Part shown: positions 28,713-38,274 of the stretch, piece by piece
How the letters are laid out: the number at the start of each line of letters is the position of its first letter
How positions within the stretch are numbered: the first letter of the stretch is position 1
Assembly (NCBI GenBank): GCA_963714085.1
Contig: OY970229.1
Location: 1,248,001-1,312,000, forward strand
DNA: 64,000 nt
Direction: 5' to 3'
Origin: an uncultured Candidatus Micrarchaeota archaeon
GTDB lineage: Archaea > Micrarchaeota > Micrarchaeia > Anstonellales > Bilamarchaeaceae
Notes under the pieces: generated by a model
Told to the model about the DNA's origin: nothing
Database searches by the model: none
Seen by the model: the letters and a program-made list of their open reading frames with translations, nothing else
Translations under genes and position numbers: made by a program

Positions 28713-29648
28713 TCAGCTCGTTTTTTCGATTATCCAGTCAACCAATCCATATTTGATTACCATCTCGGATACGCCACGAACTCCTAAAATGAAGCGCCGT
28801 TTGTCGGATTTCATTTTCTCGGCGTATTCTTCTAGGTCTTTTTTTGGTGTGTGAACGACAAAAAAGAATCTGTCGTAACCAGTATTCTCAAAATTTTGAG
28901 CGTATTCCTCAAATTCTTTCAGACCAGATTCTGATTTGACTTGGACGCAATAATATTCATCTGTTATTGGAGATTGATAAAGGATATCGATAAACTTTTG
29001 CGTCTTACCTGTAAGGGTAATTTTTTGAAGGCCGGCACGTGAAAAAATCAGTTCAACTAAAATCTCGAAGTCATAGGGAGTCAATAGTCGTATCAATCCT
29101 TGGAGTTTTTCCTGAAGATTTATTTTTGCCTCGTTCGCATCTTTGACATCTTCCGGTATTTCGGCATTTATTCTTTTGACCAAATATTCGAATTCAATAA
29201 CAGAGCATATAGTTCCACGATATGCTTGGGTACGTGTTAACTTTCCGCTTAGTTTGTTTATATACAGCGGTTGTCCATTTATATCCTCTGAACTCCATGA
29301 ACCGACAACTTGGCGAATCTTGGTACCGCCCGGCTCTTGGGATACTCCAGATTTTGAAAAACACCACCATAATTTTTCATCAAAAAATGTTATCCACAAA
29401 ACAGTTTCATCTGCCTCGTAAAACCATTGCAACTCATTAACATCTCTCGTGGCTGCTCCGCCGGGTTTTACCCACCCCTCTTTTATTTCCATGGCTTTAA
29501 TGGCTTGCCAATCCCTCTTAACACATAATTCATGCGGGATACCTGACCAACCAACACGAAGTGTACCGGTTCGTTTGCATTCCTCTTCCCACTTGCCACC
29601 TTTTCCTAGTTTTATGTAATACGCTTTACTTGGCTTGATTTTTTCCAT
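28713..29648 (-). CDS. Mrr-like restriction endonuclease domain protein
   Basis: C-terminal FEILVELIF...IDI...VQVKS; N-terminal YYIKLG..LRVGW domain. Confidence 0.75.
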   Translation of the reverse strand: MEKIKPSKAYYIKLGKGGKWEEECKRTGTLRVGWSGIPHELCVKRDWQAIKAMEIKEGWVKPGGAATRDVNELQWFYEADETVLWITFFDEKLWWCFSKSGVSQEPGGTKIRQVVGSWSSEDINGQPLYINKLSGKLTRTQAYRGTICSVIEFEYLVKRINAEIPEDVKDANEAKINLQEKLQGLIRLLTPYDFEILVELIFSRAGLQKITLTGKTQKFIDILYQSPITDEYYCVQVKSESGLKEFEEYAQNFENTGYDRFFFVVHTPKKDLEEYAEKMKSDKRRFILGVRGVSEMVIKYGLVDWIIEKTS

Positions 29649-29686
29649 TCAAATCGCCTTCAGCAAATCCTCAAACTTCTTTTGCT

Positions 29687-30358
29687 TCACTTATAGTTTA
29701 TCTCGAATCCGATCATGTCTATTATCTTGGCTTTAGTATAACTTCGTTCAGTTGGCTTCCCATCTGCAATGCCGATGGTTTTTATCTCGCTAGAATACTT
29801 ATCAATTAATTCTTGATGATTGGTGTAAAAATCACGTATCTCTTTCAATCCCTTTTCGCTCAGCGGGTGGTGTAAGCTTTGGCTAAAGTAGGTGTCAAAA
29901 GCCGGGGTATCTCCAAAAACAGCCAAGGTTATCTTTGTAGTGAGAATATCCGTAGGAGTGAATGGAAATGCACTTTTTAGCTTTTTATCGAATTCCAGTA
30001 TCTCCCGAATTGAGTCGTCCGTATACCGGTCTACGTCCAACTTCCACAGGTTTTTTTCTGAGGCGATTAACCGAATCACTTTCTCGTAAACCAATACACT
30101 TTTTTCGAATAATGGGCTAGATGCCCTTAGCATCCCCCAGGTTGCCAGGTAATACCCAAGATAATGGCAGGAAACGTAGAGCTGCTTGCCTGAAGCCATC
30201 TCGCTGAGTTTGCCGTTTTCGTAAAACTCCCTGAAATAGTTAAAACAGTAGTCATACGAGGCATTGCTATGTTCTGGGTTCCTGTTTTCACTGTCTTTAT
30301 TGAAATCTTCTATGGCTTTTTTTATATCACCATTCGATAAATCGCATAGTTTGACCAT
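29687..30358 (-). CDS. Hypothetical protein (YLATWGMLR / TKITL..PAFD motifs)
   Basis: GAGGTG RBS; in operon; function unknown. Confidence 0.7.
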   Translation of the reverse strand: MVKLCDLSNGDIKKAIEDFNKDSENRNPEHSNASYDYCFNYFREFYENGKLSEMASGKQLYVSCHYLGYYLATWGMLRASSPLFEKSVLVYEKVIRLIASEKNLWKLDVDRYTDDSIREILEFDKKLKSAFPFTPTDILTTKITLAVFGDTPAFDTYFSQSLHHPLSEKGLKEIRDFYTNHQELIDKYSSEIKTIGIADGKPTERSYTKAKIIDMIGFEINYK

Positions 30359-30408
30359 CCCATCACCTCAAATTTATTTATCATGCATATTTTACAAACA
30401 TTTGCTTA

Positions 30409-31539
30409 TTATTTTTCAAATTCCTTCACCTGCTCGAACATGGGCGCGAACCGCTCGCGGGCCTCCGGCGTCGCCATGACGTTCTTGGCCTGGGCGAACC
30501 ATTCGGCGGTCGTCGGCTTCACCGCAGCCTTCGCCCTGGAAAGCATCTCCTGGCTGACGAGGACCGGCCTGCACCCTTGCGCCGCTTTCACGAAGGCCGT
30601 ATTCGCGGCCTGCTTCACCAGCTGCTTCAGGTCAGCGCACGAATACCACTTGGTCATTTTCGAGATATTCTCCAGATCCGCGTCATCGGCCAGAGGTATG
30701 CTTTTGCAGTAGCCCTCCAGGAGCGCGAGCCTCTGGGGCTCATCCGGGCACGGCACGTAGTAAAGGGCGCCGAAACGGCCGTTCCGCATGAGCATGGGCT
30801 CTATCAGCCATGGGGAGTTGGTGCAGCCCACCACGATGAGGTCCTTGTTGCTCTCCGCGCCATCGAGCTGGGTCATGAGCGTGTTCGAGAATACGCGCGC
30901 TTCCATGCCCCCCTCGTTCCTCTTGAAGCCCAATACCTCGACTTCGTCCAGGAAGATGAGCGAGTTCTTGAGTTTCCGGCCTATGGTGAAATAGTCTTTC
31001 AGCACATTCGCATTGGATCTTACGACATCCCGAATCTGCACGGCGATGAAATATTTCCCCATCTCTCCGGCCAGCGCCCGCGAGAATGAGGTCTTTCCGC
31101 AGCCCGGGGGGCCATAGAGCAGCGGGTACTCGACGCTTTCGTGGAGCCCGTAGCTGGATGCGAGGCCGGCGTTCCGCATCGGCATGACAAGGCTATCATG
31201 CAACCGCTTCTTCAAATCGCCATATCCGCTGATTTTCTCGAAACTGTACTTTTCCTGATTGAGGAACTCGTGCACGATGCAAGCGGCCATGCAGTACTGG
31301 CCGTTCGATGCGCTCCGAAAGCCCTCAAGGCGTTTCGCGAACTCCCCCTCACCGATCCGATTCAGCCACTTTTCCACTATCCCATTGCTCCTGAAATTCG
31401 CGAGATACCTTTGTAGGATATAATCGTCGCCCAATTCCAGCATATTCAGCAGATCCTCGCGCGAATGCAAATCAACGCCTGGGATCTCGTCCATCTTATG
31501 CGACAAACGCAGAATCGCCTCATTGTTCTCTATTTCCAT
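30409..31539 (-). CDS. Single-domain AAA+ ATPase (CDC48/Vps4-like)
   Basis: GPPGCGKT, IFLDEVE, LMTQLDG, TNSPWLIEPMLMRNGRF. Confidence 0.88.
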   Translation of the reverse strand: MEIENNEAILRLSHKMDEIPGVDLHSREDLLNMLELGDDYILQRYLANFRSNGIVEKWLNRIGEGEFAKRLEGFRSASNGQYCMAACIVHEFLNQEKYSFEKISGYGDLKKRLHDSLVMPMRNAGLASSYGLHESVEYPLLYGPPGCGKTSFSRALAGEMGKYFIAVQIRDVVRSNANVLKDYFTIGRKLKNSLIFLDEVEVLGFKRNEGGMEARVFSNTLMTQLDGAESNKDLIVVGCTNSPWLIEPMLMRNGRFGALYYVPCPDEPQRLALLEGYCKSIPLADDADLENISKMTKWYSCADLKQLVKQAANTAFVKAAQGCRPVLVSQEMLSRAKAAVKPTTAEWFAQAKNVMATPEARERFAPMFEQVKEFEK

Positions 31540-31552
31540 AAAATCACCATAC

Positions 31553-31587
31553 TGTATAGCTATTTTCTATACACAACTATTTATAAG
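31553..31587. promoter_or_regulatory. Divergent promoter with 7-7-7 inverted-repeat operator
   Basis: tgtatag (31553-59), 7-nt spacer, ctataca (31567-73), next to tttataag TATA (31580-87). Confidence 0.6.
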
Positions 31588-31610
31588 CTTGACGGACAAA
31601 AACAGATATT

Positions 31611-32216
31611 ATGAGCGGCACGACGCTGATTTGCACATTCTACTCGTTCGAGCCCATCGTGGCCTCGGCGACGCAGTATTCGCCCAAGAGGATAATCCTG
31701 CTGGTGGCATCCGACTCGCTCAAAAAGCAGGAGGTCCGGGAGAACATCGAGCGGGCGAGGTCCACCTACAAGAACGTGGTTCCTGTCTCGATTGCGGAAA
31801 CCGGTGACTCGGACCTGCTCAAGATAGCCGGGGACGCCGCGAAGCTCATAGAGGCCGAGAGCAAGGCCGGGAACAGCGTCGTGGTGAATGTTTCCGGGGG
31901 CTGGAAGCTGCTCGCCCAGGGCACGCTTTACGGCTGCTACGCTCGGAGCGCAATGGTGGACAGGATAATCTGCAACGACCTCTCCGTGGAGGGGAGGATA
32001 GTCGAGCTTCCGAAGCTGGGTTTCGGCCTCACGAAAGCCAGGACGGTCGTGCTCGGGGAGATAGCGAAGCGCGGCGGCCGCTCCATGGTGGAGATAGCGA
32101 AGAAGCTCGGTAAGACCAGGGCGATGATCTACCAGCATCTGAAGGAACTCCGGGCCGTTGGTTACGTAGATGATGAATTCGAAGTAACGGTGGCTGGCAG
32201 GCTGGCTTTATTGTAG
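31611..32216 (+). CDS. CARF-domain plus wHTH transcriptional regulator (Csa3/DUF6293-like)
   Basis: TLICTF..SPKRIILL..VVVNVSGG.K (CARF-like); C-terminal EIAKKLGKTRAMIYQHLKELRAVGYV. Confidence 0.82.
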   Translation: MSGTTLICTFYSFEPIVASATQYSPKRIILLVASDSLKKQEVRENIERARSTYKNVVPVSIAETGDSDLLKIAGDAAKLIEAESKAGNSVVVNVSGGWKLLAQGTLYGCYARSAMVDRIICNDLSVEGRIVELPKLGFGLTKARTVVLGEIAKRGGRSMVEIAKKLGKTRAMIYQHLKELRAVGYVDDEFEVTVAGRLALL

Positions 32217-32851
32217 GACTAATCAAAGTTGCTGTGAACGAGGCGAACGTCCGGGGGCGCGCTTGCCCGGTTTCCGATTCGCTCTCTTTCTGGTTTGTTT
32301 GCTGCGCGCTTTTTCCGCTTTGACTGAACTGGTGAATCCGATCCGGTTCATGCGCGCGGTGCGGGATTGGACGGACGGGATGACGCGCACGGCCGCACGG
32401 AGCCTGGGCGCAGCACGCTCGGCCGGGAACGTGCTTAATGCTTTCGGTCTTGCGAGCCCGAAACCGTTAATGTCCTTTCCGGCCTCGCTTTACGAATTGG
32501 ACGGAAGTTGAAAGGAGTTGAAGGGTCTTGATTGACGTAATTTGGTCTTGCTCGTGGGATGTTTGTCATCCCACTCGCCATTATACGACCGTAACACCGA
32601 AATACCCCCCGGTTTATCGTCGTAGCTGGGATTGGCGGAAGTTTTCCTATTCTGGATTGGGAATGATGGTGAAATACCGAAATGCCCCTTCCAATAGCGA
32701 CGTTGAAAGCCGTCTCGACACCTGTTGGGCGGATAAGACGGGTATTTCAGCGATGGCATGCTCGCATCACCGACAAATCAAAAGTAGATCTGGGGTATGC
32801 CCTTATAGGTAACCATGGCTCCGATACCTTTAAATATTTAATGTAACAAAT

Positions 32852-32868
32852 ATTACTCTAAGAGTAAT
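32852..32868. promoter_or_regulatory. Palindromic operator upstream of abiEi
   Basis: attactct-a-agagtaat immediately before ATG 32870; second IR aatattt/aaatatt at 32833-32854. Confidence 0.55.
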
Positions 32869-32869
32869 T

Positions 32870-33670
32870 ATGGTAGCAAGGAATTATAGATTCGGGGAAT
32901 TGGAAACACGAGCGCTTTTCGCGCTTGAGGAGGGCGAAGTGGGCCTCATAACGTCCCTGCAGCTAGCCAAGCTCCTCAATGTCTCCAGGGGAAGGGCCAA
33001 CAAGCTGGCATGGCAATTGGCAAGGAAAAAACGCCTCCTGCGGGTTAGGAAAGGAGTCTATCTTTTCGCTCCACTGAAAGCAGGACCTAAAGGATACTGG
33101 AGCGAGAACGCATTGGTCCTAATGCCCGAACTTATAAAAAACGGGCAATATGCGGTGAGCTATTGGGCCGCGCTCAGCCATTATGGCCTTACAGAACAGA
33201 TGCCCATAAGCATACAGGTGAAAGTCTCCAAAAGAAGGCGCTATTTCGAGGCATTCGGCAGCAAAATCTGGTTCATCAAGGTAAGTGATATCGGAGAAAC
33301 GAAGGAAGAAAGAATATCCGGAAAACCCGTGAAGTTTGCCACGGTGGAGCAGCTGATTATCGACTGCCTCACGCATCCCGAACACTGCGGGGGGGTGCAG
33401 GAAGCCACCAAGGCATTATGGTACTCCAAAGAAAAGATCGACTGGGGTAAGCTAGGAGAACTGGCGCTAAAATCCAAGAATGTGGTCAGGCGGAGGCTCG
33501 GATTTCTCCTCGAGCTCCTTCATCTGCCCGGCCTCAAGAACAAGGAGAGATTTGCAGGGTGGCGCTGGCTTGACCATTCGCGCATCAAGGTCGTAAAAGG
33601 CAGGTCCGAGAAATGGGGGCTTATAATCAATCTTACGGAAAAAGAACTGATGCAATGGCAGGAAAGCTGA
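32870..33670 (+). CDS. abiEi: Type IV TA antitoxin, AbiEi family
   Basis: N-terminal wHTH, RVRKGVY, SYWAALSHYGLTEQMP, EQLIIDC, RRLGFLLE. Confidence 0.85.
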   Translation: MVARNYRFGELETRALFALEEGEVGLITSLQLAKLLNVSRGRANKLAWQLARKKRLLRVRKGVYLFAPLKAGPKGYWSENALVLMPELIKNGQYAVSYWAALSHYGLTEQMPISIQVKVSKRRRYFEAFGSKIWFIKVSDIGETKEERISGKPVKFATVEQLIIDCLTHPEHCGGVQEATKALWYSKEKIDWGKLGELALKSKNVVRRRLGFLLELLHLPGLKNKERFAGWRWLDHSRIKVVKGRSEKWGLIINLTEKELMQWQES

Positions 33671-33674
33671 TACC

Positions 33675-34499
33675 ATGCTGAACTTGGCGGATTTGAAACG
33701 GAGGGCGGCTAAAGAGGGCGTGCCGCAGGCAATCGTAGAGAAAGATTACGCGCTGTCCATAGCACTGGATGCGATAGCGCAATCCAGTTTGGCCGGGCAT
33801 CTGGTTTTCAAAGGGGGCACTGCGTTGAAAAAAGTTTATTTCAGCCAGGCGCGGTATTCAGAAGACCTGGATTTCACTGCATTGAAACTGAGCCCGGAGC
33901 GGATTTTGGAGGTTCTTCGCATGACCTTGGGGAACAAGGAAATCGAAGGTATCCGTTTTGAAAACGTCGAAGAGGAAAAAACCCGGGCAGGCCTGAAGGC
34001 CGCACTCAGGTTCACAGGGCCGCTTGGACAGCCGCAGCGAATCAGGTTCGATTTCAGCTTCAGGGATAATCTTGTGCAGGAGGCTCAAAGAAAACCGGTG
34101 TTGGATTCTTACGGATTGAAAATTCATGAAATATCCGTTCTTAGCTTGGAAGAGCTTTTTGCCGAGAAAATCCATGCACTTGTTTCCAGGTCTGCACCGA
34201 GGGATCTTTATGACGTCTGGTTCCTTTTGCGGGAAAAGGTCGAGATAAAACCGGACATCGTGAAGATGAAATTCGATTATTACAAAGAACGATTCGAATA
34301 CGGCAGTCTCCCGGGCAAAATGAAAGAACTAGAAGCCAATTGGAATGAGGACCTGAGGCAATTCCTGAAGAAGGTGCCCTCTTTCGAGTTGATTGCAAAG
34401 GAAGTTATGGATGAATTAAAAAAATACGAGCATATGTATGACAATTCCGTTACTAGTTCGACACCGGGAGCATACAATCCGACATTCTCTTCTAAATAA
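33675..34499 (+). CDS. abiEii: Nucleotidyltransferase toxin, AbiEii/AbiGii family
   Basis: VEKDY, FKGGTAL, RYSEDLDF, AEKIHAL, PRDLYD. Confidence 0.92.
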   Translation: MLNLADLKRRAAKEGVPQAIVEKDYALSIALDAIAQSSLAGHLVFKGGTALKKVYFSQARYSEDLDFTALKLSPERILEVLRMTLGNKEIEGIRFENVEEEKTRAGLKAALRFTGPLGQPQRIRFDFSFRDNLVQEAQRKPVLDSYGLKIHEISVLSLEELFAEKIHALVSRSAPRDLYDVWFLLREKVEIKPDIVKMKFDYYKERFEYGSLPGKMKELEANWNEDLRQFLKKVPSFELIAKEVMDELKKYEHMYDNSVTSSTPGAYNPTFSSK

Positions 34500-34525
34500 T
34501 TTATCAACGTGGGAACCAGCGAAGT

Positions 34526-36772
34526 CTATGATATATTCTCCGTCTGCACAGTCTTTGCCGGCTCCGTGAGCTTCACCACTGCAACGTTCCTGGCCCCAGC
34601 CAATGCCTTCTCATACCTGACCTTCTGTCTCTGGTTAATCACAACGATGATAACTGATGCATAGCCCTGCCCGAACCTCTTTCTCACCTGGTCAGCGAAA
34701 CCCAAGAGTTCAGGCTTGGTTCCTGTCTCGACCTCCACCGCAGTCTTACCATTGAAAACAAGGTCTGGGTTATTCCATCCACCCAGCACCTTCACACTGC
34801 CATAATTGGCGAGCTCCCTCTCGACCTTTGACACAAGGATCCGGTGAAAACTGCTCTCGTTCCGGTTGGGGTTGTTGACCTCATAGAAGACTTCCATGCC
34901 CTCCCGCGTCTCTAGTTCTTCATAGCGGATTACCTTGCCTGCCTTCGTTAATGACTGAAGACGCCGCCAGACGGCGGGCTTGGGATAACCACTCTTGCGG
35001 GACAACTCCGTGGCGGTCATCGCGCCCTCTTTTTTCAGGGTTTCCAGAATCATTTCGCTCCTGGGTATGCGTGGACTGAGTTTAGGGGCTTGTATTAGCG
35101 TTCCTGCTGGCTGCGGTGCTATCGCTGCACTCGGCTGGACTTCCGATTTTTCCGGGCCCGTAGGGGCCATTTTCAGCGCATCCACGCGCACTAAAGCATA
35201 GTGGTCCTTTGGCGCGATGAGAAGCGCCTCGCCCTTAATCAGGCCGTTCATGACGTTGTGAAGCAGTCCGCCGGAGATTCCAGTCATCTTCTCAAGCTGC
35301 TGGAGGTCGGACGCCGATGGTATCCTGAAGACAAGGATGTTGCCGAAATTCGCGCTGAAACCATCCGGGAAATCTACGAGGTTCTGGCTGGCGATTATGA
35401 GCCGCCCTCCGAACTTTCCAGCCTCGCGGGCTATCTTGATGGTCGTGGTGGTGAAGCCGCGGTCCCTCAGCTTGGGGTTGTTCAGCCTGTGCGCCTCATC
35501 TATGACTATCGTTGTCGGAAGCCTCATTTCCATCAGGACTGCGAGGTAGCGGCGCAGGATGAGGTCGGCGTAGAAATCCGCCGCGTTCTTGTCCCTGATC
35601 CGCGAGAAATTGAAGACCACGTTCCGCTTGTCCCCAGTGAGCTCGTGGATGTTCTTCTGGCCAGTGCCGTATCCCGCAATCTTGGCAAGGCGCAGGTGCA
35701 GACCTGCGTACCTATCCTTCTCGTAATAAGATTTAGCCGCTGACATCGCCTGCTGGATGGTAATCAAGGCATCCGAGAGAGTGCCATTGCGTCCCATGCC
35801 CTGGTCAAGCGCTTTCTTCAGTATCGCAAGTTGGACGTCTCCGACATCGGTGAAAGCCGTCAGGAAGCTGTCCACCACATCGCTGACACGGTTCTCCGAA
35901 GGCTCACCTTGGTAAATCGGCGCGAGAGGTGCATATTCGAGCGCATCAACGACAAAGAAGCCATTGTTGGCAAGGTAGGAGTACTCGTTATGGAAGTCTA
36001 TCACGACATGGCCGCGCCCCTCTTCAGCACCAGTCTTGACGCGGCTCCTCACGTACCATGCCCAGACTGCGACGATGACGATACCTCCGAGGACCCACCA
36101 TGCGTTCAGAATGTCGACCATATATGTGGCTGGCCAATGGGCGAAGGCCAGGACTAATACCAAAGGCATGAGCAGCCACCGCCCGAAGTACAGCCAGAAA
36201 ACGAGCAGTACTAGCGCAACGATGGCAAGCAGGATGATGGCTGGAGAGAAGAACGGCCCGATGGAATTCCAAAGAGTTCTCTTCTTCGTCAGCGTTCCCA
36301 GAAGCGTCCTTATGGTCGTGCTTTTCCCGCTCTGACTCCCTCCGACTATCAGGATGTGCGGGCTGGCACTTTTCAGGTCAAGGGTCGTTTTTTTGGATAC
36401 GAGATAGCGGGAGAAGAGCCATCCGCCAGGGTCACGCTCGAACCTGCCGAATTCCCGGCCTATATCCAGGCCGGGCAGGACGTCTAGGTGGGCGAACGCT
36501 TTCCAGAGAATCCACGCCGTGATCGTGAGGAAGGCGTCGAACAGCGCCGCGACCAGCAGCGGTATCGGGAAGCAAAGGACGAGGTTCAGGAGATTCCAGT
36601 GGGCGAGGTAATAAAGGAAGACCACGACCAGTGAAACCGGGTAAAGCAGGAGGTACAGGATGCCCCAAATGCCAAGGCTCAACAGTGCTAACGGCTTTAT
36701 GCTGCTTTTACCTGGGGCCGGACTCGAATGGAACTTCAGCACGTTCGACAGTATCATATCCGCCGGATCCAT
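34526..36772 (-). CDS. Membrane-anchored HerA/VirB4/TrwB-like ATPase fused to wHTH and PD-(D/E)xK-type domain
   Basis: GGSQSGKST, VVIDFHNEY, IVIDEAH, REAGKFG, ASQN; HTH ATELSRKSG; PDLVF..AVEVETG. Confidence 0.8.
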   Translation of the reverse strand: MDPADMILSNVLKFHSSPAPGKSSIKPLALLSLGIWGILYLLLYPVSLVVVFLYYLAHWNLLNLVLCFPIPLLVAALFDAFLTITAWILWKAFAHLDVLPGLDIGREFGRFERDPGGWLFSRYLVSKKTTLDLKSASPHILIVGGSQSGKSTTIRTLLGTLTKKRTLWNSIGPFFSPAIILLAIVALVLLVFWLYFGRWLLMPLVLVLAFAHWPATYMVDILNAWWVLGGIVIVAVWAWYVRSRVKTGAEEGRGHVVIDFHNEYSYLANNGFFVVDALEYAPLAPIYQGEPSENRVSDVVDSFLTAFTDVGDVQLAILKKALDQGMGRNGTLSDALITIQQAMSAAKSYYEKDRYAGLHLRLAKIAGYGTGQKNIHELTGDKRNVVFNFSRIRDKNAADFYADLILRRYLAVLMEMRLPTTIVIDEAHRLNNPKLRDRGFTTTTIKIAREAGKFGGRLIIASQNLVDFPDGFSANFGNILVFRIPSASDLQQLEKMTGISGGLLHNVMNGLIKGEALLIAPKDHYALVRVDALKMAPTGPEKSEVQPSAAIAPQPAGTLIQAPKLSPRIPRSEMILETLKKEGAMTATELSRKSGYPKPAVWRRLQSLTKAGKVIRYEELETREGMEVFYEVNNPNRNESSFHRILVSKVERELANYGSVKVLGGWNNPDLVFNGKTAVEVETGTKPELLGFADQVRKRFGQGYASVIIVVINQRQKVRYEKALAGARNVAVVKLTEPAKTVQTENIS

Positions 36773-36827
36773 GGGTTCACCTCCACCTCAGCTTGAATTT
36801 TTTCAGTTCACGAAGAGAAAGAAAGGA

Positions 36828-37058
36828 CTATCTCACAGTCAGCTCTCCAACTACCTCCTTCCTAATCACTACCCTGAAGCCGTCGCGCAGGATTTGCAGC
36901 TTTGGCGAGTTATGCTGCAGGTACTCGATCATCTCTAGATTCTTCCTTACGGTCCGGTAGTTGAAGCCTGTTTCGCGGCACAGTTTCATGAACGAAACCG
37001 GTTCAAAATCCACAACATCCATGATTTTTTCCAGGATTTCTTTTTGCGTCCTCATCAC
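36828..37058 (-). CDS. Small HTH DNA-binding protein
   Basis: SFMKLCRETGFNYRTVRKNL helix-turn-helix; GGTGG RBS. Confidence 0.7.
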   Translation of the reverse strand: MMRTQKEILEKIMDVVDFEPVSFMKLCRETGFNYRTVRKNLEMIEYLQHNSPKLQILRDGFRVVIRKEVVGELTVR

Positions 37059-37122
37059 ACCACCCCTACAACATGATAGCGTTTTCGGGGGTATAAATAG
37101 TTGGGGACGCGGGTTTGGAATT

Positions 37123-37416
37123 TTAGGCTTGCATAATTGCTGCGCCTATGATTAAACCCAGTAGATACAACGGGCCATTGATACAGATATCTTCAAACAT
37201 CGTCGCCATTCCTATTATGAAGAAGAGTAAACCATAAAGCCAGAGATAACCGCATACACTGCTCGATCCCGTAACTGGGTTCTTACACACGGCGTCCAAA
37301 ATCATTAACGCAATGGATTCCCTGGAGGGTTCGATTCCTGTTTTCAATCCAATGCCTATTACTATGCCATCGGCCAGACCTGAAACAAACGCCGCAGGCA
37401 TCGTTATTCTTTTCAT
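37123..37416 (-). CDS. Small membrane protein
   Basis: GAGGTG RBS; hydrophobic segments. Confidence 0.6.
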   Translation of the reverse strand: MKRITMPAAFVSGLADGIVIGIGLKTGIEPSRESIALMILDAVCKNPVTGSSSVCGYLWLYGLLFFIIGMATMFEDICINGPLYLLGLIIGAAIMQA

Positions 37417-37461
37417 TCATTTCACCTCGTTTAGGTGATTTGGATTAGGGCATCTCAGCCC

Positions 37462-38097
37462 TTATTTGGTGCATCTAACATCGTTGTATGGTTCACCATA
37501 CAGCGAGTATGCTTCAAAACACAGCAAATCGAATAGAAACAATAGGCGTTTTCTTGCAGCATTTGTTTTTTTCACGTCTAGAACGATATCTTTCTTTTTT
37601 GAATCGTATTCCCAAACCTCAATTTCGACTCCGTCATAATGATAAACCCCATCATCTGATTTTTTGATAATCCCGCACTTTTCGAGTTTTGATAAGAGGG
37701 AAACTGCGCTCGGCCTCTGAATCCCCAGAAGATCTGCACAGTCTTGGAACGACCAGGCTTGAGGCCCATTATTGATTAATGCACCCAAGATAATCAGAGT
37801 AGACGGTTCCCATTCAAAAGCAACTTCCTTGCCTGGTTCCGCACTGCTTTTTTTCCGATATTTTTCGTATCGGATGGTCAAATTCAATGCATGCCTTAAC
37901 CGGTTGGCAAAACTAGTTTCCCTAAAATATAAGGAAGGAACCATAAACATAAAAGTGAAGCACATGTAGCTCCAGCTTAGTAAGGCGTAATATCCTAAAT
38001 CGTTATTTAGTAGTTTTAGACTTAATGAAAAAATCAGAAAAATAATGGCGAGTATGAAAAGCACAAACATAAAAAAACGAAATTTCTTCGGTTTCAT
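37462..38097 (-). CDS. Two-TM protein with C-terminal wHTH
   Basis: Two N-terminal TMs; FQDCADLLGIQRPSAVSLLSKLEKCGII; start uncertain (ORF extends to 38244). Confidence 0.6.
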   Translation of the reverse strand: MKPKKFRFFMFVLFILAIIFLIFSLSLKLLNNDLGYYALLSWSYMCFTFMFMVPSLYFRETSFANRLRHALNLTIRYEKYRKKSSAEPGKEVAFEWEPSTLIILGALINNGPQAWSFQDCADLLGIQRPSAVSLLSKLEKCGIIKKSDDGVYHYDGVEIEVWEYDSKKKDIVLDVKKTNAARKRLLFLFDLLCFEAYSLYGEPYNDVRCTK

Positions 38098-38274
38098 AAG
38101 CTTCTGAATAATTATGTTGTTAAACCAAAGGAAAAGCGCTGGGAGGTATGGAATTGGGAATAAGTCAGAAAAGAAATCAACAGAGAAGCCATCCTGTGGT
38201 TTGCCCAAGATGACTTTTGTTTTAAACATGATTATCAGATGCACTCATAGTAACTAAAAAACTTCGCACGCGGG

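Noticed and set aside
14989..32491. Intergenic repeats as integron attC sites
   Set aside because: No GTTRRRY/RYYYAAC core ends, genes lie in both orientations, and the repeats do not follow every gene
32263..32812. Short ORFs between the CARF regulator and abiEi
   Set aside because: No motifs or convincing RBS; treated as non-coding or decayed sequence
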